64,000 nucleotides of DNA, taken from Bacillota bacterium (GTDB lineage: Bacteria; Bacillota; UBA994; UBA5500). The notes beneath the pieces were generated by a model, which did no database searches, was not told the origin of the DNA, and worked only from the letters and a program-made list of their open reading frames with translations. Positions within the stretch are counted from its first letter, which is position 1. The number at the start of each line of letters is the position of its first letter. Of the stretch, positions 51,695 to 60,993 are shown piece after piece. The position numbers were made by a program, and so were the translations under genes. The DNA lies in contig JAAYHE010000012.1 of assembly GCA_012735505.1 (NCBI GenBank), positions 13,829 to 77,828 of the forward strand, given 5' to 3'.

Positions 51695-53524
51695 TTGCAG
51701 CACATACTTTCTCAAGTTGAAAAACCAGCTAGATATCTTGGTAATGAGTGGAACGCCGTTCGCAAAGATCATCAGGGAAGGATTACTCTCGCCCTTGCTT
51801 TTCCCGATGTTTATGAGATTGCCATGTCTCATTTAGGTTTGCAGATTCTTTATCACGTGGCTAACCAGCGAGAAGACACTGTAGCCGAGAGGGTTTATGC
51901 CCCATGGACAGATATGGAAAGTCTGATGCGGCAGCACTGCCTACCCTTGTTTGCCTTAGAAAGTAAGCGCCCTGTGCGCGAGTTTGATTTAGTTGGTTTT
52001 ACCTTGCAGTATGAGATGAGCTACAGCAACATTATTAATATGCTCGACTTGGCCGGCATTCCTATCCTAGCGCGGGATAGGGGCAATGAGCATCCTTTGG
52101 TGATAGGTGGAGGGCCCTGCGTTTATAATCCCGAGCCCCTTGCCGACTTTTTCGACTTCTTTGTTCTAGGGGATGCAGAAGAAGTTCTCGGGGAGATCCT
52201 GGATGCGTATGCCCAAGCAAAAAGCGCCGGCTGGAGTAGAGAGCAAACCTTGCTATCTTTAAGCCAGATTTCCGGCGTTTATGTGCCCTCTTTTTATGAA
52301 GTGCAGTATCATGACGATGGTACGATTGCCAGTGTTCAGCCTAAAGCAGATGTGCCCCCAGTAGTCACCAAACGCGTTTTGGCAGAATTGAAACCCGAGT
52401 ATTTTCCCAGCAAGCCAGTTGTCCCCTATCTAGGCACAGTCCATGATCGGCTTAGTTTGGAAATTTTTCGAGGGTGTACGCGGGGCTGCCGCTTCTGCCA
52501 AGCAGGTGTGATCTATCGCCCGGTGCGAGAGCGTTCTCGAGAGGATTTAGTAGCTTTGGCTGAAGCTGTTTTGCGAGCTACAGGCTATAACGAGATTTCG
52601 CTCATGTCGCTCAGCACTATGGATTATAGTGACCTCGCCGCTCTAGTGGATGATCTGCTGGCTAAATTTGGCTGCGACCATGTTAAACTTTCTTTGCCTT
52701 CTCTGCGCATCGATTCTTTTTCCATTGAACAAGCCAAGAAGGTTAAGCAAGGCCGTACAGGCAACTTGACATTGGCTCCAGAAGCCGGTAGTCAGCGTTT
52801 GCGCGATGTTATCAATAAACAGGTTACCGAGGAGGATCTCTTGCAGGCGGTGTCTGGAGCACAAGCCGAGGGTTGGCGCAGCGTAAAACTCTATTTCATG
52901 ATCGGCTTGCCTACCGAGACCGAGGCAGATTTGGAAGGCATTTTTGATCTAGCAAAAAAAGCAGCTTGGGCCCACCGTTACGTCAAACAGCCGGGGAAAC
53001 CGATGCGTGTAACAGCCAGTGTTGCTGCTTTCGTGCCCAAGCCTTGGACACCGTTCCAATGGGAGCCCCAGGATTCGATGTATGTTCTGGAACAAAAGCA
53101 GCTCTTTTTGCGGGAGCTATTTAGTAAAGATCGACGTTTAACCCTCAATTATCATGGCGCTGAACTTAGCTTCTTAGAAGCAATATTTGCGCGTGGTGAC
53201 CGGCGTTTGGGCCGCGTCCTCTTGGAAGCGCACGCTCTCGGTTGTCGTTTTGATGGCTGGAGTGAGCATTTCGCTTTCGACAAGTGGATGCAGGCTTTTG
53301 CTGCTGCGGAGCTGGATCCTACTTTTTATGCTAATCGGCGTCGGGAGCGCGATGAGGTCTTGCCCTGGGATCATTTATCTCCAGGAGTAAGTAAGGAGTG
53401 GCTCTGGAAAGAGCGGGAAGCAGCATGGCAGTTGGCAGTCACCCCCGATTGTCGTTCTGCCCATTGTAGTGTTTGTGGTGTTTGTCAGCATTTGCCGGTA
53501 ACTACTAGGTTGGCAAAGGAGTAG
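51695..53524 (+). CDS. TIGR03960-type radical SAM enzyme with N-terminal B12-binding-like domain
   Basis: CxxxCxxC motif CTRGCRFCQAG, N-terminal KPARYLGNEWN. TTG at 51695 follows an AGGAGG SD. Confidence 0.8.
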   Translation: MQHILSQVEKPARYLGNEWNAVRKDHQGRITLALAFPDVYEIAMSHLGLQILYHVANQREDTVAERVYAPWTDMESLMRQHCLPLFALESKRPVREFDLVGFTLQYEMSYSNIINMLDLAGIPILARDRGNEHPLVIGGGPCVYNPEPLADFFDFFVLGDAEEVLGEILDAYAQAKSAGWSREQTLLSLSQISGVYVPSFYEVQYHDDGTIASVQPKADVPPVVTKRVLAELKPEYFPSKPVVPYLGTVHDRLSLEIFRGCTRGCRFCQAGVIYRPVRERSREDLVALAEAVLRATGYNEISLMSLSTMDYSDLAALVDDLLAKFGCDHVKLSLPSLRIDSFSIEQAKKVKQGRTGNLTLAPEAGSQRLRDVINKQVTEEDLLQAVSGAQAEGWRSVKLYFMIGLPTETEADLEGIFDLAKKAAWAHRYVKQPGKPMRVTASVAAFVPKPWTPFQWEPQDSMYVLEQKQLFLRELFSKDRRLTLNYHGAELSFLEAIFARGDRRLGRVLLEAHALGCRFDGWSEHFAFDKWMQAFAAAELDPTFYANRRRERDEVLPWDHLSPGVSKEWLWKEREAAWQLAVTPDCRSAHCSVCGVCQHLPVTTRLAKE

Positions 53525-53529
53525 TAACA

Positions 53530-54210
53530 ATGAAATATTGGTTGCAATATAGTAAAGGCGGCAATCTACGCTTTATAGGGCATTTGGATATGCTGCACAG
53601 CTGGGAAAGAATATTGCGGCGGGCGCGTGTACCCTTAGCATTCTCGCAAGGGTATTCGCCCCACCCTCTTTTGTCATTAGCGGCGCCCTTGCCCGTCGGG
53701 CTAATTAGCCAGGCTGAATATTTAGAGCTGGTAACTACAGAGGCAGTTCCTAATTTGACCGAGATGATTGCGGTAGCTGTTCCTAGCGACATAAGAGTAG
53801 CTGGAGCTGTGGCTGTCCCCGACAAGACTAAACCCTTGATGGGACTGATTCGCTATGCCGACTATTTGGTGGAGGGTATAGCGGAAGGGCAGAGGGCACA
53901 GTTAGAGAAAACGCTGGCTGACTTTTTAGGCCAAACTTCCGTGATCAGAACGGTAAGGCGAAAAAGCGGTATGAAAAGGGTCGATATTAGGCCTTTAGTG
54001 CACTTTGCCCATCTACAAGGTACGACTTTACGCTTGCGTTTATCGATCGGTAGCGTGGCCAATTTGCGAGTAGAGGATCTGCTTCAGCACCTTGATCTTA
54101 TTCCCAGCTCGCTACAAATTGCTCGAGAACAGTTATATCTGGATGTGGATGGGAAGGCAGTCACACCGTTTCAATATGCGGCTGCTACTGGCACGGCGCT
54201 GGAGGGATGA
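53530..54210 (+). CDS. TIGR03936 / DUF2344 radical-SAM-associated protein
   Basis: 226 aa, consistently paired with the upstream radical SAM gene and with rng. Confidence 0.7.
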   Translation: MKYWLQYSKGGNLRFIGHLDMLHSWERILRRARVPLAFSQGYSPHPLLSLAAPLPVGLISQAEYLELVTTEAVPNLTEMIAVAVPSDIRVAGAVAVPDKTKPLMGLIRYADYLVEGIAEGQRAQLEKTLADFLGQTSVIRTVRRKSGMKRVDIRPLVHFAHLQGTTLRLRLSIGSVANLRVEDLLQHLDLIPSSLQIAREQLYLDVDGKAVTPFQYAAATGTALEG

Positions 54211-54232
54211 ACCTGTAAGAAAGGATTTTTAG

Positions 54233-55945
54233 ATGAGTAAAGAAATCATAGTCAATAGCTTGGGGCGCGAAACTCGTGTTGCCGTAGTTGAGAACGGCAA
54301 GTTGGTAGAATTGTTTCTCGAGCGCCCCTTAGAGCAGAGAGTTGTAGGTAACATATACAAAGGGATCGTGGAAAATGTACTGCCAGGCATGCAGGCTGCT
54401 TTCGTCAATGTCGGTCTAGAACGAAACACCTTTTTATACGTATCTGATGCCATTCCAGGTGCAGACGAGTATCCTCAAGGCGTTGCCAAGAAAGACAGGC
54501 GCCCAACTATTCGCCAATTGGTACAAAGCGGCAAAGAAATACTGGTGCAGGTTACGAAAGAGCCCTTTGGTAGCAAGGGAGCTAGAGTAACCAGACGCAT
54601 TACTCTACCCGGTCGTTACGTAGTCCTTATGCCGTCGGAAAATCACATCGGTGTTTCTCGCCGCATTGACGACGAAGCAGAACGAGAACGTTTACGGCAG
54701 CTGGTAGCCAAAGTCAAGCCTAAACGCATGGGGGTTATTGTGAGAACTGTGGCTGTCGGTTGCACGGCAGCCGATCTCCAGCAGGATATCGATTTTCTCG
54801 TTAAACTTTGGCATAGTATCTGTCAGCGCAGTCGAAAGGCTAAAGCCCCTACCCTCATTCACCGTGATCTCGACCTAGTGGGACGAGTTATTCGTGACAG
54901 ACTGGACGATTCGGTCGATCGTCTAGTGTTGGATAGCAGCGAGCAGTATCAAGCCGTAATGGACTTGCTTTCCGCCACTGCGCCCGAGTATAAAGAGCGG
55001 GTCTTCCTTTGGCAGCAAAAGCGGCCTATCTTTGATACCTTCGGCTTAGAACTTGAACTGGACAAGGCATTAAGGCGAAAAGTTTGGCTGAAAAGCGGTG
55101 GATATCTAATTATTGATCAGACAGAAGCACTGACGGCTATCGACGTAAATACAGGTAAATATGTAGGCACCACCAATCTTGCCGACACGGTGCTCAAAAC
55201 GAACCTGGAGGCTGCCACCGAAATAGCGCATCAGCTGCGTTTACGCAATATCGGTGGGATTATTATTATCGACTTCATCGATATGACTACATCAGATCAC
55301 CGTCAACAGGTCCTTACTAGGCTCGAACAAGCATTAAAAGCCGATAAGACAAAGACTTCTATTTTGGGCCTGACTCAACTGGGTCTGGTAGAAATGACCA
55401 GGCAGAAGGTGCGCCAAGCTGTTGGCGAAGTATTACAGAAGCCTTGTCCTTGTTGCGATGGTACTGGTCGCGTATTACATGAAGAAGTGGTTAGCAGCCG
55501 TATCGAAGCAGAACTTCTCCATTATTTTCGTAATCACCAGGATGAAGCTGTTTTGCTAGACGTCAACCCCGCAGTGGCTGCTGTCCTGATTGGGACCGGT
55601 GGAAAAAACCTTGAGCGCCTCGAGGCCGAAACAGGGCGTCATATCTATGTTCGGGGTAATGCAGACCGTCGCATAGAAGATTGGGCCATAGTCTTAGCTG
55701 GCAATAGCGAAATGGTAGAGCGAGTAGCACTGCCGGTACAAGTAGGCGACGTTTTATCCTTGCGCCTAGAAGATGTGCATCAAGGAAAAAGCAAAGATGC
55801 TATAGCTCGCAAGGATGGTTTTGTCATTCAGGTGGATAAGGCTGCTCAATTTGTGGGGCAAAAGGTTTTGGTGGAAATCGTACGTACTTTTCGTACTTAT
55901 GCCAAGGGACGTCTTGCTGGCGATTCCATTGACGTTTTGCGCTAA
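54233..55945 (+). CDS. rng: Ribonuclease G/E-family endoribonuclease
   Basis: S1 domain followed by the RNase E/G catalytic core (…DFIDM…, Zn-link CPCCDGTG). Confidence 0.9.
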   Translation: MSKEIIVNSLGRETRVAVVENGKLVELFLERPLEQRVVGNIYKGIVENVLPGMQAAFVNVGLERNTFLYVSDAIPGADEYPQGVAKKDRRPTIRQLVQSGKEILVQVTKEPFGSKGARVTRRITLPGRYVVLMPSENHIGVSRRIDDEAERERLRQLVAKVKPKRMGVIVRTVAVGCTAADLQQDIDFLVKLWHSICQRSRKAKAPTLIHRDLDLVGRVIRDRLDDSVDRLVLDSSEQYQAVMDLLSATAPEYKERVFLWQQKRPIFDTFGLELELDKALRRKVWLKSGGYLIIDQTEALTAIDVNTGKYVGTTNLADTVLKTNLEAATEIAHQLRLRNIGGIIIIDFIDMTTSDHRQQVLTRLEQALKADKTKTSILGLTQLGLVEMTRQKVRQAVGEVLQKPCPCCDGTGRVLHEEVVSSRIEAELLHYFRNHQDEAVLLDVNPAVAAVLIGTGGKNLERLEAETGRHIYVRGNADRRIEDWAIVLAGNSEMVERVALPVQVGDVLSLRLEDVHQGKSKDAIARKDGFVIQVDKAAQFVGQKVLVEIVRTFRTYAKGRLAGDSIDVLR

Positions 55946-55949
55946 ATGT

Positions 55950-56070
55950 AGTACTATAGTCACTCGGAGACATTGTCCAAACTAACCGGCACAGTGTCTA
56001 AACCGCTCGAAACGGGTTGCTAAACGCAGACAGGCTGCTACCTTGTTTTCGGCGAGTCTTAATAAGGGGG
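55950..56070 (+). ncRNA. Candidate ribosomal-protein L21 leader (structured 5'UTR of rplU–prp–rpmA)
   Basis: ~125-nt untranslated gap with imperfect hairpin GGAGACATTGTCC...GGCACAGTGTCT before a GGGGGTGG SD. Firmicute rplU operons carry an autoregulatory leader at this position. Confidence 0.35.
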
Positions 56071-56077
56071 TGGCGGA

Positions 56078-56389
56078 ATGTACGCCATTATACAAACAGG
56101 TGGTAAACAAATTAAAGTTCAGGAAGGCCAACTAGTGAAGGTTGAGAAGCTAGCGGCCGAGGTAGGAGACACTGTTACGTTTGATCAGGTTTTGATGGTA
56201 GTCGATTCTGAGGGCGTAAAGCTTGGTCAACCTGTAATTGACGGGGCCGTCGTTACTGGTACAGTGATCGAGCAGGGCAAAGGCCCGAAAGTGATCTCGT
56301 TCCGGTATAAGCGTCGGAAACGGGTTCGGGTTAAGAAAGGCCATCGGCAGCCGTTTACCAGAGTAAAGATCGAATCTATTAGCCTCTAG
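56078..56389 (+). CDS. rplU: 50S ribosomal protein L21
   Basis: MYAIIQTGGKQIKVQEG... Confidence 0.95.
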   Translation: MYAIIQTGGKQIKVQEGQLVKVEKLAAEVGDTVTFDQVLMVVDSEGVKLGQPVIDGAVVTGTVIEQGKGPKVISFRYKRRKRVRVKKGHRQPFTRVKIESISL

Positions 56390-56397
56390 GCAAATCG

Positions 56398-56730
56398 ATG
56401 ATCGTTGTTCGTATTGTACGTGATTCTAATCAACACATTGAGGCTTTTTCTATAAGCGGTCATTCTGGTTATGCACAGCGGGGGCAGGATATCGTCTGCG
56501 CTGGGGTATCGGCTATTGTTCAAACCACTATTTTGGGTTTACAAGAAGTGCTAGGTGTTAAGTGTACGGGAAATCAGGCAGAAGGTAAATTAGAATGTAC
56601 CCTGCCTCGCTTAGAACAGGAAATGCAGCATAAGACCGATATTCTATTAGATACGATGCTTCTCGGTTTGACCGCTATTGCCACATCTTATCCTAAGCAT
56701 GTACGAATTCTAGATTCTAAGGAGGTGTAA
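56398..56730 (+). CDS. prp: Ribosomal-processing cysteine protease Prp (YsxB)
   Basis: AFSISGHSGYAQRGQDIVCAGVSAIV (catalytic His/Cys). Confidence 0.9.
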   Translation: MIVVRIVRDSNQHIEAFSISGHSGYAQRGQDIVCAGVSAIVQTTILGLQEVLGVKCTGNQAEGKLECTLPRLEQEMQHKTDILLDTMLLGLTAIATSYPKHVRILDSKEV

Positions 56731-56733
56731 TCG

Positions 56734-57033
56734 ATGCTTCTGAGATTTGATCTGCAGTTATTTGCTTCTAAGAAGGGCGTCGGTAGCTCTCGTAACGGTC
56801 GTGATAGTGAAGCTAAACGCCTTGGTGTCAAACGTCAGGATGGCCAGTTTGTGACTGCAGGTTCCATCTTAGTCCGCCAACGTGGCACCAAGATTCACCC
56901 TGGTAACAATGTAGGTCGTGGCAAAGATGACACCCTGTTTTCCTTGATAGATGGCGTAGTTTCGTTTGAGCGCAAAGGCAAGGGCAAAAAGCAGGTAAGT
57001 GTCTACCAGCTCACACAAGAGGTTGCTAACTAA
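56734..57033 (+). CDS. rpmA: 50S ribosomal protein L27 with cleavable N-terminal extension
   Basis: [10 protein letters not shown]|[15 protein letters not shown]: the Prp cleavage motif precedes mature L27. Confidence 0.95.
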   Translation: MLLRFDLQLFASKKGVGSSRNGRDSEAKRLGVKRQDGQFVTAGSILVRQRGTKIHPGNNVGRGKDDTLFSLIDGVVSFERKGKGKKQVSVYQLTQEVAN

Positions 57034-57045
57034 ACAGGAGTTTAA

Positions 57046-57074
57046 AAAAGCTGCTCAAAGGGGCAGCTTTTTTT
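57046..57074 (+). terminator. Terminator after rpmA
   Basis: AAAAGCTGC-tcaaaggg-GCAGCTTTTTTT. Confidence 0.85.
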
Positions 57075-57142
57075 GTGGACCAATGGGGTACTCTAATAGA
57101 TAAATATGGTATGATGAGGTCAAAAAGGAGGGGAAGCGTAGA

Positions 57143-57667
57143 ATGAAGCAGTGCCAGCCAAATTTCAATGTGTATCAGCTACTACGCCAGTTTCGGCATG
57201 ATCTGCTCAACGACCTGCAACTTCTAATGGGTCATCTCCAGCTAGGGCGCGACTACGACACCATTCGCCAAGATGTGGAGAAGGTGATTGAAACTATACA
57301 AAATGTAAGCCATATCTATGCTTGTGGCGATGACGAATTAGCCACCCTCATCTGGAGCTGGCAAATGGCGGCGCGCGAGCAGGGAATTGATTTTAGCTAT
57401 CATATGACCCCTTTATCTGAAGCCTGCGCCGACGACACGCTTACCTCCTTGAATAGATTGGTTGGCCTATTGTTAAATGATCTTGGCCCGTTGCAGGAAG
57501 ATCGCTGCTTCCTCCATCTGTATATTGATGACACCCCTCACCTTATATTGCAGTTTTCTCCCATTCCCATTGACTCTCCAACGCTTTCATATGTGCGCCA
57601 GTTGGGGTGGAGAGTTGCAGAAAGTAAGGCTGAAAGGATGGACATTGCATGTTTATTGACGAAGTGA
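57143..57667 (+). CDS. spo0B: Sporulation initiation phosphotransferase Spo0B homologue
   Basis: [24 protein letters not shown] aligns with the B. subtilis Spo0B His30 region SRHDWMNKLQLIKGNLSL. Conserved rpmA–spo0B–obg position. Confidence 0.7.
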   Translation: MKQCQPNFNVYQLLRQFRHDLLNDLQLLMGHLQLGRDYDTIRQDVEKVIETIQNVSHIYACGDDELATLIWSWQMAAREQGIDFSYHMTPLSEACADDTLTSLNRLVGLLLNDLGPLQEDRCFLHLYIDDTPHLILQFSPIPIDSPTLSYVRQLGWRVAESKAERMDIACLLTK

Positions 57668-58941
57668 AGATATACGTTAAAGCAGGAGCCGGCGGCAATG
57701 GCATGGTCAGTTTCCGCCGGGAAAAATACGTACCGCAGGGGGGCCCTTCTGGAGGCGACGGAGGGCGGGGCGGTGATGTCATACTGGAAGTAAGCCCTCA
57801 CGAGAATACGTTACTACGCTTGCGCTACCGTAGGCATTACCGGGCAGAAAATGGCGAAAATGGCCGCTCGAAGAATATGCACGGGCGGCGAGGTGACGAT
57901 TGCGTCATTAATGTCCCCCCAGGTACCATAGTCTACGATGCTGAAACCGACCAACCTTTGGCCGATCTTACTGAAATAGGGCAACGCATAGTAATTGCTA
58001 AAGGCGGACGTGGTGGCAGAGGCAATGCTCGCTTTGCTACTTCCACACGGCAGGCTCCGACCTTTGCAGAGCAAGGTGAACCTGGGGAAGAACGACATTT
58101 GCGTTTAGAACTAAAGCTGCTAGCTGATGTAGGGTTAGTAGGATATCCTAACGCAGGCAAGTCGACATTACTGGCACAAGTTTCTGCAGCACGGCCCAAG
58201 ATTGCCGACTACCCTTTTACCACGCTGACTCCTAACCTAGGGGTAGTAAATATAGACGACAATATCTTTGTCATGGCCGACATACCCGGGCTAATTGATG
58301 GGGCTCATCTTGGCCACGGGCTAGGCCACCAATTCTTGCGACATATAGAGCGCACCCGTGTGATCGTTCATATCATCGATGCTGCCGCGCTGGAAGGCAG
58401 AGAGCCGCTGGTAGATTTTCATACTATCAATCGTGAACTAGCTGCTTATGCGCCCGAGCTCGCCCAGCGACCGCAAATAGTGGCATTGAATAAGATGGAC
58501 TTGCCGGAGGCGCAAGCACGCGCTGCTGCTCTGACTGAGGCCATTGAGGCCCTGGGGCATCAAGTGTTCTGTATTTCGGCAGCCACGGGTCAAGGCATCA
58601 AACAGTTGCTCAGAGCTACCTATGAATTACTGCAGACAGCACCCGAGCCACCAGCAATAGAGATTCCGGAAGTAGTTGAAGAGGAGCTAGAGACTCTGCA
58701 GGTAGAGCGAGAAGATGATGCCTTTGTGGTGCGCGGCGCCCACGTAGAACGGCGAGTGGCTATGACTAACCTCGACAATGAAGAGGCTCTATTTAGATTG
58801 CAACATACCCTGCGCCGCTGGGGCATTATTGATGCTTTGCGGGAAGCTGGCGTGCAAGAAGGTGATACCGTACGCATCGGAGATATGGAGTTTGATTATG
58901 TGCCCGATCCAGGGGAGGGCGAGGAAGAACCGATTAGTTAA
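57649..58941 (+). CDS. obg: GTPase Obg
   Basis: Obg-fold Gly-rich N-terminus, G-domain [23 protein letters not shown]. Confidence 0.95.
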   Translation: MFIDEVKIYVKAGAGGNGMVSFRREKYVPQGGPSGGDGGRGGDVILEVSPHENTLLRLRYRRHYRAENGENGRSKNMHGRRGDDCVINVPPGTIVYDAETDQPLADLTEIGQRIVIAKGGRGGRGNARFATSTRQAPTFAEQGEPGEERHLRLELKLLADVGLVGYPNAGKSTLLAQVSAARPKIADYPFTTLTPNLGVVNIDDNIFVMADIPGLIDGAHLGHGLGHQFLRHIERTRVIVHIIDAAALEGREPLVDFHTINRELAAYAPELAQRPQIVALNKMDLPEAQARAAALTEAIEALGHQVFCISAATGQGIKQLLRATYELLQTAPEPPAIEIPEVVEEELETLQVEREDDAFVVRGAHVERRVAMTNLDNEEALFRLQHTLRRWGIIDALREAGVQEGDTVRIGDMEFDYVPDPGEGEEEPIS

Positions 58942-58954
58942 GGTGGTATGGGTG

Positions 58955-59557
58955 ATGGGTAGATATGGTGTAATGGGTGGTACTTTTGATCCGATACATC
59001 TAGGCCACTTGGTGGCTGCTCAGGCGGCCCTGCACGAATTTGAACTTGACGCAGTCTATTTTGTTCCTTCTGGGCAGCCACCGCATAAGCGGCATGTTAC
59101 CGATGGAGAGCATCGTTATGTAATGACCCTTTTAGCTACCGCAGCCAATCCCCGCTTTTATACGTCCCGGGTGGAGATTGACCGGGTAGGCTATTCCTAT
59201 ACTTACGATACCATCCTATATCTTCGGCAAGAGTTCAACTCGGATGAAATATACTTTATTACGGGGGCCGACGTCATCAGTCATCTGCATACATGGTATC
59301 GCTACCGCGAGTTGCTGCAGGTGTGTCATTTTGTGGCGGCAACCCGGCCTGGTTTTGCCTTTGACGATGCTCTACAATCTTCGTCTTTAACTGCTGCTGA
59401 GGTAGAGCGCATTAGTTTCTTGGAGGTCCCTTCTTTAGCAATTTCCTCAACCGATATTAGGCAGCGGGTACGGGATGGTAGGCCCATCAAATATTTAGTA
59501 CCTAGTGCTGTAGAAAACTATATCTATAAACATGCTTTATACCGGTCTGGGGAATAA
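58955..59557 (+). CDS. nadD: Nicotinate-nucleotide adenylyltransferase
   Basis: GVMGGTFDPIHLGHL. ATG at 58955 follows a TAAGGTGG SD; the longer ORF-track start overlaps obg. Confidence 0.9.
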   Translation: MGRYGVMGGTFDPIHLGHLVAAQAALHEFELDAVYFVPSGQPPHKRHVTDGEHRYVMTLLATAANPRFYTSRVEIDRVGYSYTYDTILYLRQEFNSDEIYFITGADVISHLHTWYRYRELLQVCHFVAATRPGFAFDDALQSSSLTAAEVERISFLEVPSLAISSTDIRQRVRDGRPIKYLVPSAVENYIYKHALYRSGE

Positions 59558-59658
59558 TAGCATTCTTTCCTGCTTGTGAGTAGGCTGCTTTTTTTGCTAT
59601 AGTTACACTAGACTGTTAGTTGGCAGAAAATTGCCTACTGATAAAGGAGGGAGGTAAG

Positions 59659-60828
59659 ATGAGGCATAGAAAAGCGGCTATTATTATAGCTGTTTTTTTC
59701 ATTGCAATCACGGCTGCCACCTGGCTTTGGGCGCAGCAGCAGGAACCGCCTATAGTGATTGATGATGGAACCGTCTTGCCGGCTGACGGCAAATTGCATG
59801 TCTTAATTGTTGGTGAAGATGCTGGGCCTAATGCAGGAACGAAGGCGCGAGGCCGCAGCGACACCCTGATGGTGGCAAGCTATGATCCCAAGTCCGGGGA
59901 AGTAAGCTTATTATCCATACCACGCGACACGTTGGTAGAAATACCTGGCAGGCCAGGCAGGGATAAAATCAACCACGCCTTTGCTTTTGGGGGCATTGAC
60001 CTTACCTTGCGCACTGTCCGCCAGTTTTTAAATATACCGATCCGTTACTATGTGCATGTACAAACTGATGGTTTTCGCCGTATGGTGGATGCTCTAGGCG
60101 GAGTGCCCCTCTATGTTGAGAAGGACATGCGGTATACCGACCGGGCGGGAGGATTGTACATAAATTTAAAACAGGGCGAGCAGGTTTTAAATGGCGAGCA
60201 AGCAGAAGGTTATGTACGATATCGTCAGGATAGTGACATTGCACGTATTCAAAGGCAACAAAAATTTCTTGCTGCTGCCCTTAAAGAAGTTCTCAAGCCA
60301 AGTAACTGGCTAAAAATAAATCAGCTGTTTAAGATTTTTAATGAGTCAGTGCGAACAAACATACCAGTTAGTGTGGCTATGCGTTACCTATCTATAGTCG
60401 GATCCCTCAAAAATAGCAATGTTACCAGCTACACGATAGAAGGTAAGGATGATGTTTGGATTAACGGTATTAACTACTTTGAGGCAGATGAGAAAAAGTT
60501 AGCAGAGCTGATAGAAACCTACTTCTATGCCGGCGTTGACCAGGCGCGCAACCAGCAGGTGAGAGTAAGAGTGGCCGTAGGTAACGGCGACTATGCTAGT
60601 GGTGAACAAGTTGCAGACCTCTTACGCCGGAGCGGATTCCAGATATTGTCGATAACGACGGCAGATCGCAGTGATTATCTCGTATCACAAGTGATGAGCA
60701 GTAGCGAGCAGGCGGAGGCTGCTGCAGCAGTAGCCGAGGCTCTTACCCTACATGAAATCTTAGTTAATAGTGAGGTTAATGACACTGCTGATGTGGTAGT
60801 TATTGTGGGTAAGGACATGCTTCCCTAA
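59659..60828 (+). CDS. LytR-CpsA-Psr (LCP) family cell-envelope phosphotransferase, copy 1
   Basis: N-terminal TM, LCP core GRSDTLMVASYDP...LSIPRDT...NHAFAFGG, C-terminal LytR_C-like domain. Confidence 0.85.
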   Translation: MRHRKAAIIIAVFFIAITAATWLWAQQQEPPIVIDDGTVLPADGKLHVLIVGEDAGPNAGTKARGRSDTLMVASYDPKSGEVSLLSIPRDTLVEIPGRPGRDKINHAFAFGGIDLTLRTVRQFLNIPIRYYVHVQTDGFRRMVDALGGVPLYVEKDMRYTDRAGGLYINLKQGEQVLNGEQAEGYVRYRQDSDIARIQRQQKFLAAALKEVLKPSNWLKINQLFKIFNESVRTNIPVSVAMRYLSIVGSLKNSNVTSYTIEGKDDVWINGINYFEADEKKLAELIETYFYAGVDQARNQQVRVRVAVGNGDYASGEQVADLLRRSGFQILSITTADRSDYLVSQVMSSSEQAEAAAAVAEALTLHEILVNSEVNDTADVVVIVGKDMLP

Positions 60829-60993
60829 CAACTTACTTGCCATCTGATCTTTTTGCCCCACTTAATGTTCCTTGCAAGCACTTTATGCCTTTGTTATAGT
60901 TAAGAGAGACAAATCTGTCGTTATTTGCCTTATTTTGTCTAATAGGCAGGTAGGCGTGTGTTTCAGTCACAAGTGCACTAAGGGGGAAAGAGG

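Noticed and set aside
58778-58954. ORF-track start of nadD 59 codons upstream, overlapping obg
   Set aside because: That extension is translated out of frame from the obg C-terminus. ATG at 58955 has a good SD directly after the obg stop and yields the canonical MGRYGVMGGTFDP N-terminus.
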